DNA of 64,000 bases. It comes from a virus (taxonomy: Duplodnaviria > Caudoviricetes). Numbering within the stretch: the stretch's first letter is position 1; every line of letters starts with the position of its first letter. Under the pieces are notes generated by a model. It did not search any database, was not told the origin of the DNA, and was given only the letters and a program-made list of their open reading frames with translations. The translations under genes and the position numbers were made by a program. The stretch lies in the IMG/VR virus record IMGVR_UViG_3300009161_000021; one strand, written 5' to 3'. Positions 47,359-56,013 of this stretch are shown piece by piece.

Positions 47359-47802
47359 TTATTTTGTGAGTCTGTCAGCTATTGTTGCAGCAGCCCAAGC
47401 GTCTGGCTTGATTGTCGGAGAGAATCCCATACCAGAAATGTAATTCTGAGCTATTTTTGCGACCCGATTAGACTTGTTCTTGGGATTCGACGCGATATCA
47501 GCGTGAACGTGTATTTGAAGATTAGGATTCATCTTTCTTATCTGATCGGCTACAGTAACTGAGCTGTGAACTTCAGACAGGAGCCTGTCCTCAAGACACG
47601 CGTAAGTTGATCTAACTCTTTTGTCTCTTTTGAAGAAATACTTACCGCCCCGTCCGGGCCAGTAGAGACAAATGACCGAGGCAAAGACCCAAGAACCTGA
47701 CGAAAGCTGGGAATCCGATCCCACAAACACCTGGCACTCGTTGTCAATTTGAGAAATTATCTGTGAGAAATCGTTTTGATTTCCGCTCGGGTCTAACCAC
47801 AT
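47359..47802 (-). CDS. YkuK/DUF458 RNase H-like protein
   Basis: VFVGSDSQ, GRGGKYFF, RLLSEVHSS, VHADI, IKPDAWAAATIAD. Confidence 0.8.
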   Translation of the reverse strand: MWLDPSGNQNDFSQIISQIDNECQVFVGSDSQLSSGSWVFASVICLYWPGRGGKYFFKRDKRVRSTYACLEDRLLSEVHSSVTVADQIRKMNPNLQIHVHADIASNPKNKSNRVAKIAQNYISGMGFSPTIKPDAWAAATIADRLTK

Positions 47803-49025
47803 TTGTCAACCTCCAAAATGGTGCTACACTTGGTCAGAATAGAAATGAAAGATTTAGAGCTCGATGTTCCAGCTTTTAAAGCTGAGAATGGAAGAAGCGT
47901 GCCGGAGTAATTAACTACGCCGGAAGACATGCACGATTTTGCGTATCGAAGTCCAAAATCAACACGATCTCTTTGAATACCGGAAAGTGACTTCTTGTCA
48001 GCACCGATCTTTATTGTTACGAGACCAGAACCAAGTGCGCCAAGACGACGCCGGATGAGATCTGACTGATCTTGATCGCAGCTTGATAATTTTGATGCTA
48101 ATCTAGAAACAACGTTAGAAACTCTATTCTCTTTAAACTCAATCTCAGTAGATGACAAGTTACAGACAATTTGATCAGCAGCAACGCAGGAATCTAGATC
48201 AACCGATGAGATAAGCTGTCCTTTGTCCGCCGATACAGGTTCCGCGCCAAAGCAATTCGCAAGATCTGCCATCCCATTCACTCCAACTTCATCGAATGGA
48301 ATCACCACAGGAACCACTCGTGCCGTCTGTCTCTTGATGTTGACGGCTGAGGTCGCGATGACCTCTTCGTTAAATCCTCTTGCGAAGATAACAACGGGAA
48401 TTTTTTTGTCGTAAGAGTCTTGAAATATCCTATGACACTCTGAGACGCTTTCAATGATTCCATCGATAAAGACTATTTTGCAATTCTGGACTGCAATTTT
48501 AGATTGACCCGCAGCTGCAAAAAAATCTGACGGTGGATGCCATCGACATGATTGCGTTCCGTAGGTGATCTCTGTCTTTTGAACGTCACTAGAGTCTAAG
48601 ACGATCTTTCCGTTTCTCCCAGCTATCGAAATTGAATCAACCACAATGTCAGAGACTATTTGGTCAGATAGAGACAGCAGACTCTTCCTAAGATCATCCA
48701 CACTGAACCTATGACCAAAGTCCAGATCTAAGTTTTTTGATCTAGCGATCTCAGAAAGAGCAACAAAAGAACCACCAGCGCTTTGCTGCTCAGCGTCAAG
48801 CAAGCATTTTAGAAGGAGGTTCCTGGTGGGAGACTCAGGAACAGTTTCTGAAATAGCTCTAATACTCTCACATTCGCAAAGAGAGATTGAAGAATCTCCA
48901 AGATTTACGAAAATACTTCTTTCTTTTAACTTTCTAAGAAGATCAGAAGCAAAAGATCTCCAGAGCTTTTGGCTGTTTTCGGGATTTTTTGTGAGTCTGC
49001 GCTTCATCGTTTGAATTGTACTCAT
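47793..49025 (-). CDS. Degenerate GroEL/Cpn60-like chaperonin
   Basis: Apical-domain-like IVFIDGIIES...PVVIFARGFNEEV, DLANCFGAE, RLGALGSGLVTIKIGA, DRVDFGL. The GDGTTT ATP motif is replaced by GGSFVA. Confidence 0.7.
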   Translation of the reverse strand: MSTIQTMKRRLTKNPENSQKLWRSFASDLLRKLKERSIFVNLGDSSISLCECESIRAISETVPESPTRNLLLKCLLDAEQQSAGGSFVALSEIARSKNLDLDFGHRFSVDDLRKSLLSLSDQIVSDIVVDSISIAGRNGKIVLDSSDVQKTEITYGTQSCRWHPPSDFFAAAGQSKIAVQNCKIVFIDGIIESVSECHRIFQDSYDKKIPVVIFARGFNEEVIATSAVNIKRQTARVVPVVIPFDEVGVNGMADLANCFGAEPVSADKGQLISSVDLDSCVAADQIVCNLSSTEIEFKENRVSNVVSRLASKLSSCDQDQSDLIRRRLGALGSGLVTIKIGADKKSLSGIQRDRVDFGLRYAKSCMSSGVVNYSGTLLPFSALKAGTSSSKSFISILTKCSTILEVDKCG

Positions 49026-49056
49026 TCGATGGTTAAGAGATAAACGATGGTGAACG

Positions 49057-49488
49057 TTATGTTGATCTATTCTTAACGGTCGACTCTGCCCAGTCGATAG
49101 CTCCCAGAAGATAAGGATAGCATCTTCTTCTCATTTCGTCCCAAGTGAGCCAATGATAGCCATCGTGCTCGTACTGCTTTGTTTCGGGATTCATGAGTAT
49201 CTCCGGCTCCTGATCCGTAGATGCGATGTAGACGATAACATCTTTGTGAGGGCGTTCGGAAACGAAATAATGGTTCCCCCACAGCATGTCAGATGAAGAA
49301 ACATTGATACCAGCTTCTTCTCTGCACTCTCTCACTGCAGCATCAATATCACTTTCTCCAACCTCAACGTGTCCTTTTGGGATATCAATCTTTCCCCACA
49401 CTCTGAGACCGAGTACTTCCCACGTTGTACCGTTTCTTCGAACAATTACGAAACCAGCTGATCTTTCTTTTTGTTTTTTCGCTTTCAT
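49057..49488 (-). CDS. Nudix hydrolase (Ap4A hydrolase-like)
   Basis: Nudix box DIPKGHVEVGESDIDAAVRECREEAGI; EHDGYHW. Confidence 0.92.
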   Translation of the reverse strand: MKAKKQKERSAGFVIVRRNGTTWEVLGLRVWGKIDIPKGHVEVGESDIDAAVRECREEAGINVSSSDMLWGNHYFVSERPHKDVIVYIASTDQEPEILMNPETKQYEHDGYHWLTWDEMRRRCYPYLLGAIDWAESTVKNRST

Positions 49489-49549
49489 AATGACCTAAAG
49501 TTAAATAGATCTTATAAACAACTTCCGAACAAGTTCAGATGCAGGGAAC

Positions 49550-50023
49550 TTAACGGTAAATTTTATCCTTACCAACTTTCTGCGCAAAGTAGCTGAGCAA
49601 TGAACCACCGGCAATGTTAGCTTGCCATTCTATCGGACTAAGGTGGTGAGGTTTCGTTATTTTTTCAGGGACAAGACCTAATTCGTGCTGTCTGAGATGA
49701 AAAACCTCATGAGCGATAGATCTTAGCATATCAGCCAAAGATCTCCCATGACAGTAGATCTTGATTCTATTTTCGCTGAATGAGCAAATTGCAGTTGTTA
49801 CGATGTGCGATCTCTTCCTATTTGCGCTGAGAAAGCATTTATACTCTCCCTCAAGTTCTAAAGAGTCGACGCAAAGAGACAGAAAATCTCTAATGATTTT
49901 CTGGTCCTTCTTTTCAATCTTAAGGCCCTTGTCAATAAAAATAGAAAAATTCGAGGTCTTATTGATCTCAACCCCGTCTTCCAGTTTGGACATTAGGCTT
50001 TTGACAAGCTGCGATGTTTTCAT
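49550..50023 (-). CDS. Putative zincin-like metalloprotein
   Basis: LRSIAHEVFH (HExxH) with a downstream E (IEWQAN). Confidence 0.55.
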   Translation of the reverse strand: MKTSQLVKSLMSKLEDGVEINKTSNFSIFIDKGLKIEKKDQKIIRDFLSLCVDSLELEGEYKCFLSANRKRSHIVTTAICSFSENRIKIYCHGRSLADMLRSIAHEVFHLRQHELGLVPEKITKPHHLSPIEWQANIAGGSLLSYFAQKVGKDKIYR

Positions 50024-50035
50024 GCATCTTAAATA

Positions 50036-50527
50036 TCACGACTTGGACTTAAGCGCATCAACGAGTGTGGAAGACGATTGAACTTTTCCTCCTCCAACAT
50101 TGAAAATCACTTGAGTTCCCATTTGCTCGCAAAGGTCAAACTCGGGAACGTTCGAGGCTGCGTCCCTGTCTCCCCCTTTTGTGAATGCGAAGGGTTTCAA
50201 AATAGCCAGGGCACCCGTGACAGTCTGACTTCCATCGTCCCATGGAACAACGTAATCGACCCCCTTCACACCTGCGATGATCTCCATCCTTTCGGATGCT
50301 GGCATGAATGCGTATCCTTTCTTGCGCAGAAGAAAGCCGTCACCATTGACGATGACGGCTAGTTTGGTCCTTCCACCGATCTTCTGCGCAAGACTAGCAG
50401 ACTCTATTAAGCAACGTAAATGACCGACGTGCATCGGATCAAATCCACCTGATGTGACGATGAGTCGCTCGCTCTTTATGTCTGCAAGAATGCGAAGATC
50501 ATCGACTGAATCAAGAATCTCTGACAA
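50036..50527 (-). CDS. Cytidylyltransferase-like (HIGH) nucleotidyltransferase
   Basis: SGGFDPMHVGH, VIVNGD..L.RKKG, ERMEI, FTKGGDR, GGKVQSSS. Confidence 0.85.
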   Translation of the reverse strand: MSEILDSVDDLRILADIKSERLIVTSGGFDPMHVGHLRCLIESASLAQKIGGRTKLAVIVNGDGFLLRKKGYAFMPASERMEIIAGVKGVDYVVPWDDGSQTVTGALAILKPFAFTKGGDRDAASNVPEFDLCEQMGTQVIFNVGGGKVQSSSTLVDALKSKS

Positions 50528-50535
50528 AGTATCTC

Positions 50536-52164
50536 CTAAGTTTTGTGAATAGACTCGCGGAACGACTCAGGAAACATGTCCCGCTGCTGTCCGTAAAATC
50601 TATCCCAATCAGAGTCCAAGATATAGGAGATTGCATGATCATCTGCAGAGCGGATTGAACGACCGAGTGATTGGATGATGGTCTTTGCAGTCTGAAGAGG
50701 GTACCACCAGCTCCACTTTCGCATGCGCTTCTGGACCAGCTTGTCACCAAGGTAAGGATACGGCACCTTACAGATGATCTGGAATCGACTTAGGTCTCCC
50801 TTGAGGTCAACTCCTTCAGTCATCGATGGGGTTACGAGAACCGTCGGCTCCTTGCTGCTGATGTGCTGGTTGAGAACATCCTCACGATCCTCGGACTTGT
50901 GAGTCAAGAGACGCTTACTCCTGATGTTCTTCATGATGTAGCTGGACACCTTGTAAGAATGGCAGTGGATGATGCCCTTCTCGTTCGGGTGAGCGGCGAG
51001 GATCTGCCGGACCGCCTCGGCAAGCTTCGGAAGAGTGTTGTCAATCTCCGCAGCACTCATCTTACCGATCGAGCTCACGAGAACGGGTCGATTCTCAACC
51101 GGGAAGGGAGACGGAAGGCTGATGAAAGCCGTCTGCTCGAGTGGAATGCCGAGACTTTCACAGAATGCACGCTGATTGAGGATCGTGGCGGAGAGCATGA
51201 GAACCTTTCGACCGAACTTGAACAGCGACTGCTCCGAGTACGGAGAGATATCGATGGGCTTGAACTCGAGCCGACGGGTCTTTCGATCTTCAGTCTCGGT
51301 GATGTTAAAGACCCAGTTGTCCTCATCGAAAAGATCGATGAATCGATTCACCTTGCACATGTGCTTGTCAAGCATCTCAATCTGACGCGATAGAGCGTCG
51401 AACTCCTTCACCTTCTCACGAAGACCAGCATGCTGCTCGAACATCGCCTCGATATGCTTTAGATGAGAGGTGAGCTTCGTGATGTAGACGTTTTTGATCC
51501 AGTCGAATGCAGCTCGCTCGCTGTTGAGAGTCTTCGGCATCTGGAGGTTCAGAACAGTCTGGGCAAACTTCTCAGAAACTGAGACCTCGATAAACTTGCT
51601 GAGCTCGGAATCTGAGTTGTGAGCCTCATCGATAACAAGAACATCACGGGGAAGAAGCTTGCCCGCGTAGGTCGTTTCAGCCATGAAGTAGGAGAAGTTA
51701 GTGATGGACTCCGGAGATTCCATGAACTTTCCCTTTGCTTCCTTGTAATTGCAGCTGAACGAGCAGGTACGGAAAAACTTGGAGGTCTTGTCCTGCTCGA
51801 GCTTGAGAAGCCGCTGCGACTCACCACAAGACTGCTTCTTGTGGTACTTGCACTGGTAGTTCGAACTCGACTTAATCGAGGTCATCGGGCCCTTGCAACC
51901 GCCGAAGTCATCAAGGTACTGCTCCTGCAGGATCTTCTGGGTCGTGAGGAAGTAAGACCCTCGCTTGTAGTCCTCCTGATGGGGAAGCCAGTTCGAAAGA
52001 GCTCGAGAGATGCAGACACCGATGGCGGATTTGCCGACACCGGTCCCTGCCTCGACAATAACGAACCTCTTTCCGCTCTCAAACTCGCTGAGAGCGAACT
52101 CGATCGCCTCACGCTGCTGGTCACGGATTGCGCCAAACGGGAAGAAGCTCTCGTACGAAATCAT
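50536..52164 (-). CDS. DinG/XPD-family SF2 helicase with Fe-S cluster
   Basis: EAGTGVGKS, Cys cluster (C..C..C..C), DEAH, LSAT, SPFP, GVDL, QSLGRSIRSADD. Confidence 0.92.
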   Translation of the reverse strand: MISYESFFPFGAIRDQQREAIEFALSEFESGKRFVIVEAGTGVGKSAIGVCISRALSNWLPHQEDYKRGSYFLTTQKILQEQYLDDFGGCKGPMTSIKSSSNYQCKYHKKQSCGESQRLLKLEQDKTSKFFRTCSFSCNYKEAKGKFMESPESITNFSYFMAETTYAGKLLPRDVLVIDEAHNSDSELSKFIEVSVSEKFAQTVLNLQMPKTLNSERAAFDWIKNVYITKLTSHLKHIEAMFEQHAGLREKVKEFDALSRQIEMLDKHMCKVNRFIDLFDEDNWVFNITETEDRKTRRLEFKPIDISPYSEQSLFKFGRKVLMLSATILNQRAFCESLGIPLEQTAFISLPSPFPVENRPVLVSSIGKMSAAEIDNTLPKLAEAVRQILAAHPNEKGIIHCHSYKVSSYIMKNIRSKRLLTHKSEDREDVLNQHISSKEPTVLVTPSMTEGVDLKGDLSRFQIICKVPYPYLGDKLVQKRMRKWSWWYPLQTAKTIIQSLGRSIRSADDHAISYILDSDWDRFYGQQRDMFPESFRESIHKT

Positions 52165-52226
52165 TCTGATGTCCTCATGGGTGTGTAGTCAATTGTAAAC
52201 TGCACAGCAGGTATGAACAGAAAGAT

Positions 52227-52529
52227 TTACTTGAATTTTGGCTTGTTCGGATCGAAACCCGGAGAGTTTAGCAGACTCTTGTAGGCTCGATCAGCTTTGT
52301 CACGTGCCCAAAACATCGCATCATTCTCCGACTTGAAACGACGCGATGGTGTCGAGAGCGAATCATCATCATCAACTTTAACCTGGGCGATGTAGACCCC
52401 GCCGACCGGATCAGCAGTGATCATAACGTGGACACCAGGGTAATCTTTCCATGTGAGCGGGTCGGGTCGAGGAGACTTCAGGTCACGCCCAAGCTCCTCA
52501 CGTATCAATTTTCTGAGAAGCTCAATCAT
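52227..52529 (-). CDS. Hypothetical protein with N-terminal LRKLIREE motif
   Basis: 100 aa; starts MIELLRKLIREELG. Confidence 0.6.
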   Translation of the reverse strand: MIELLRKLIREELGRDLKSPRPDPLTWKDYPGVHVMITADPVGGVYIAQVKVDDDDSLSTPSRRFKSENDAMFWARDKADRAYKSLLNSPGFDPNKPKFK

Positions 52530-52690
52530 CGCAGCTGGGACTCCGCAATCTTAACCTCACGGGATGCACTCCGGAGCCTCTGGAGCACCGCGGCATCCTG
52601 TAGGTCCAGTAACCTGGCTGCCTGCTCCAGATCCTTTAGCGCCCTCCGGAGTAGCTGTTGCGCCCTTATTTTTTGGTCATCCGTTGCCAA
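52526..52690 (-). CDS. Small hypothetical protein
   Basis: Start refined to TTG 52690 after GGAG; preceded by an ATACTTAA motif. Confidence 0.45.
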   Translation of the reverse strand: MATDDQKIRAQQLLRRALKDLEQAARLLDLQDAAVLQRLRSASREVKIAESQLR

Positions 52691-52761
52691 GGTTTCGTCT
52701 CCATCCTTAAGTATGCCCCAGAAACAGTTTGGGCTCGCCGAAGCGAGCCCAAACACTATCA

Positions 52762-53280
52762 TCAATCGATCATAATTTTTTCCATGAGCTTGACACGCTC
52801 ACGTGCTTTTCGCTCCTTGTGTTTCGGGCGTTCGATCTCCTTGCAGAAAGCGAGAGCGTGCTGAGTAGCAGTTCCTTCACTTTCTTCGAGAGCCATCACA
52901 CGCTCGTTCTTTCGAACAGCTTTTGCGATACGATCTACCGATGTGACCACATCTCTCATCTCTTCCTTCGTCATGTTGTGGCCAAGACCTTTCGGGTTGA
53001 GCTGAAAGATGCCACGCTCACCAGCTTTGCCAACAACAGAAACATCAAGACCACTCTCGGCATAAGCGTTGACAAGTGCTCCGATAATGAGCTCATTTGA
53101 GAATCCATGCTCTCTCAAACGCTCCTCAACTTGATGAGCTACAGCTTCTTGATCTGAGTCAAGAATGAACAATGAAGTTACAGGGAATGGATTAGGAGCA
53201 GGCTGCGGTGGGACCGCAACCTTAGATGGCCAAAGAAAAACTCCTAAACAACAGGCCAGCAGAAGGGCCCTACTCATCAT
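52762..53280 (-). CDS. Lysozyme/lytic-transglycosylase-like muramidase with N-terminal hydrophobic anchor
   Basis: NAYAESGLD (catalytic Glu) and ERGIFQL (GxFQ) motifs; LLLACCLGVFLW N-terminus. Confidence 0.6.
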   Translation of the reverse strand: MMSRALLLACCLGVFLWPSKVAVPPQPAPNPFPVTSLFILDSDQEAVAHQVEERLREHGFSNELIIGALVNAYAESGLDVSVVGKAGERGIFQLNPKGLGHNMTKEEMRDVVTSVDRIAKAVRKNERVMALEESEGTATQHALAFCKEIERPKHKERKARERVKLMEKIMID

Positions 53281-53581
53281 TATCCGTGAGCTGATTCCCC
53301 GTGGCCTGAGCGATAGACCACGCGCGGGCTCGAATGTCGAGCATCACCTCGCTGCGACGCCGACGCGGATTCCACCGATTACGAAACTTGGGATTGCTGC
53401 GCTGACGAAGGAGCTTGCGAAACTTGCGCTTGCAGACGCGTGCTTCTCTCTCTGACATGGAGGCGAGTGCCTCGTCGATGCTCTTCGGACGATCGTCCTT
53501 CGATGCGCATGCGACTGTCGGGTGGACAATCCCAAGCTGCAGGGCGACCAGATCGCTGAAAATTTCGATTTGCCTGTACAT
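53270..53581 (-). CDS. Hypothetical basic protein
   Basis: Strong RBS AGGAGG; Arg/Lys-rich. Confidence 0.6.
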   Translation of the reverse strand: MYRQIEIFSDLVALQLGIVHPTVACASKDDRPKSIDEALASMSEREARVCKRKFRKLLRQRSNPKFRNRWNPRRRRSEVMLDIRARAWSIAQATGNQLTDNDE

Positions 53582-53594
53582 GTTTACCTCCTAG

Positions 53595-53636
53595 AAAAAA
53601 CCGCCGGGCCCCGATAAATATTCGGCGACCCGGCGG
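53595..53636 (-). terminator. Rho-independent terminator ending the tRNA-array transcript
   Basis: CCGCCGGG...CCCGGCGG stem followed by TTTTTT. Confidence 0.7.
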
Positions 53637-53851
53637 ATGTTTACTGACCCCCAGTACCGTGAGGACGTTCAACTGGTCAAACAACGGTCTGGTCACTGAA
53701 GCTGATCGGTACGACCTGCGTGTTATAAGACCGGAGAGACCTCGGTCCCAATCTCGAGCGCTCAGACCCGTGGATTGCAATAAGTTTGTGCCTCTCGAGC
53801 GCGCAACCCCATGATTTTGCACGCTACTGCAGTTGACGAATCAACAGCATC

Positions 53852-53926
53852 TGGTGATCCCACTGGGAGTTGAATCCAGCTTACGAGATTGAAAGTCTCG
53901 AGTCCTAACCGATAGACGATGGGATC
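53852..53926 (-). tRNA. tRNA-Glu(UUC)
   Basis: Cloverleaf GATCCCA...TGGGATC-ACCA; anticodon arm CGAGA-CTTTCAA-TCTCG. Confidence 0.9.
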
Positions 53927-53930
53927 GATG

Positions 53931-54004
53931 TGGTTGGGGCGCAAGGATTCGAACCTTAATTCGCGGGGTCAAAGCCCGCTGTCCTACCGTTGAACGACGC
54001 CCCA
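53931..54004 (-). tRNA. tRNA-Gln(UUG)
   Basis: TGGGGCG/CGCCCCA acceptor; GCGGG-CTTTGAC-CCCGC; GGTTCGAATCC; CCA encoded. Confidence 0.93.
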
Positions 54005-54046
54005 ACATGGTTCCGTTTTTTGGAAGGGTTTCCTGAAACCTTCAGA

Positions 54047-54325
54047 TGGTGGGCCCTGTGGGAATCGAACCCACAACCTTGGGATTACATACCACTTCGA
54101 CTTTCGTCGCCTTTGCAGTTCGTGGTCTGGACTATACCATCACCCTCGTCTTTCTCGTTAGGGTGCAGCCCCTCTAGTCTCTACACGTTCCCTTTCGGGC
54201 TTCGCTCGGGATTGTCATCAGCATTACCTGTTAAGAGTTCCCCGAATTTGGGCTGTGTTCGACAGAGATTTCTCCCTGAAGCTTCCATTGAAAGTCCCTT
54301 GCTCTGCCAGTTGAGCTAAAGGCCC
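54047..54325 (-). tRNA. tRNA-Lys(UUU) interrupted by a group I intron (exon 1 at 54291-54325, exon 2 at 54047-54087)
   Basis: Joined exons give a 76-nt cloverleaf with loop CTTT|TAA and encoded CCA. Confidence 0.9.
54088..54290 (-). ncRNA. Group I self-splicing intron (203 nt, no internal ORF)
   Basis: P1 CUUU|c-aau-g-GAAG with U.G at the splice site; P3 CAGCCC/GGGCTG; P4 TTCGGG/CCCGAG; P7 GACTA/TAGTC; P8 CACCCT/AGGGTG; P9 ACCAC/GTGGT; terminal G. Confidence 0.92.
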
Positions 54326-54996
54326 GTTAAATTTTCTTTTAACTTTTTCGCTCTGAAGTAGTTTGCACCTTTAGGAGCTAAACCAACTTTAATCAGCGCC
54401 TGACGAATTGACAAGCTGCTTTTTAGTGCTTCTGAAAGATCTTCATCACTCACTCTTTTTCTAGAGTTACTTTTGCTTTTATTTCTGCCTCTCCACGTGT
54501 GAGTTAGAGAATGGCAATTTGGGCAAAGAAGCTCTAGGTTCGATCTGTCATTATTATTTGTGTTTCCATCGCGATGTTCAAGCTCTAGAGTTATTTTTTG
54601 TCCGAGCCAGTTTTCTAATCCGCAATGGTTACATTTACCAGATTGTTCACGGAAAATTTTTTCTCTTTTCAAGATGATTGAAAGTTCTTCAAATGAAGCA
54701 TTTAGCTTGACTTCCAATCTGTTTTGATTATATCTTTCGCGTTCAAGCTTTGCATCATTTTTATCGCAATTTGACTTGTGCCCTATCAGAGCCATCTTCG
54801 AACCGAATTTTTTACCGCACCCATCACACTCAAAATCTTTGGGACATTCTCTACCAGACAAAGACTTTGAGACTTTTTCATTTATCTCTTTTCTCTTCGA
54901 TCTAGTCGAAAATGACCTCGAACATTTTGCGCTGCAGAATCTTCCGCTTCCATACGAGGCATCATGAGAGATTGAGCAATTTTCGCATTCGAACAT
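54316..54996 (-). mobile_element. Free-standing HNH homing endonuclease gene 1 (stop inside tRNA-Lys)
   Basis: CNHCG...ELEHRDGNTNNNDRSNLELLCPNCH; N-terminal YGSGRFCS..C zinc modules; visibly AT-rich. Confidence 0.85.
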
Positions 54997-55046
54997 AAGT
55001 TAATCCTCTTGTTTTAGATATTAACCTGAGTTCGAATTTGTGATCT

Positions 55047-55643
55047 TTATTTCGGCTTCACGCCACTTTTTAGCACAATCTCGCAGATGTGATCGAGACG
55101 CTCAACGTGCTCAAAAGCTGACCACGGATCACCAGCGACTGCGCAGACCCCGTGATTCGCTTGCCCTACGATATCATACTGGAGCGACCCGTCCGGTAGG
55201 CACCCCAGATGCACCCCAGTCATATCGCCCAGTTCACGTGATGTTGCCGGCAGGGCAGGTACGTTAGGCCCTACTCGGGTGTACCGGTTCACTTCTGGAA
55301 ACTGTCTGGCGAGCTCCTGAAGGTCCCAACCTGCAAACATTGCTGCAACCACATGGGTCGCGTGAACATGAACGACGGCGCGGGTTTTTGTGAAATCCTT
55401 CTGAATGAGCCAGTGCATATGAAGCTCACCGCTTGCGGTTTGTCCGGAAGGAGCGATTACGCCGTCATCGACAAGCTTGCACTTCACGATATGCTCTGGG
55501 TGGATGATAGTCTTCCTCCAGCCTGAAGGCGTGATGTACAGAGTCTTCGAGTTATTACGACACAGTGAGATATTTCCGTCACGATTTGTGATCCATCCAC
55601 GATCGTAGCACTTCCTCATCACGTCGCCAATTGCAGTTAGCAT
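55047..55643 (-). CDS. Class II aldolase/adducin family protein
   Basis: RDGNISL, YITPSG, SGELHMH, VVHVHATH, ANHG. Start refined to ATG 55643. Confidence 0.88.
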   Translation of the reverse strand: MLTAIGDVMRKCYDRGWITNRDGNISLCRNNSKTLYITPSGWRKTIIHPEHIVKCKLVDDGVIAPSGQTASGELHMHWLIQKDFTKTRAVVHVHATHVVAAMFAGWDLQELARQFPEVNRYTRVGPNVPALPATSRELGDMTGVHLGCLPDGSLQYDIVGQANHGVCAVAGDPWSAFEHVERLDHICEIVLKSGVKPK

Positions 55644-55719
55644 GCTAATTTTCTCCGCTCGTAAATATGAAAACGGCTGGCAACCAGTGCCAGCCGTCGC
55701 TCTATTTTGAGCTTTAGGA

Positions 55720-55827
55720 TCACTCGGCCGTAGTGGCAGAGCTCGTATCAGTGCCGGTATCGTCCTTACCACCGGTGCAACCACCGAGGAAGAGAGAACC
55801 GAGAACTGCAAGAATGACGAACTTCAT
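55720..55827 (-). CDS. 35-aa lipoprotein (not in ORF track)
   Basis: AAGGAG RBS; MKFVILAVLGSLFLGG-C-TGGKDDTGTDTSSATTAE with a lipobox. Confidence 0.7.
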   Translation of the reverse strand: MKFVILAVLGSLFLGGCTGGKDDTGTDTSSATTAE

Positions 55828-55883
55828 TGTGCTTCTCCTTTGAGACGTTAATTTTAACTCTTTTACTGAGACTATAAACAGAG

Positions 55884-55959
55884 TGGTGCCCCGGGCGGGA
55901 TTCGAACCCGCCCTACAGAGATTTTAAGTCTCCTGACTCTGCCGCTGGTCTACCGGGGC
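55884..55959 (-). tRNA. tRNA-Leu(UAA) with short variable loop
   Basis: 76 nt; GGAGA-CTTAAAA-TCTCT; discriminator A; CCA encoded. Confidence 0.85.
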
Positions 55960-56013
55960 CAACAGAAAGACTATACTGGTGACGAGTTCAATTTGCAACG
56001 AATATTTAACAAG

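Noticed and set aside
53379-53944. Track ORFs 53379-53822 and 53762-53944 as proteins
   Set aside because: They overlap a terminator, tRNAs and a real downstream gene; no RBS or motif.
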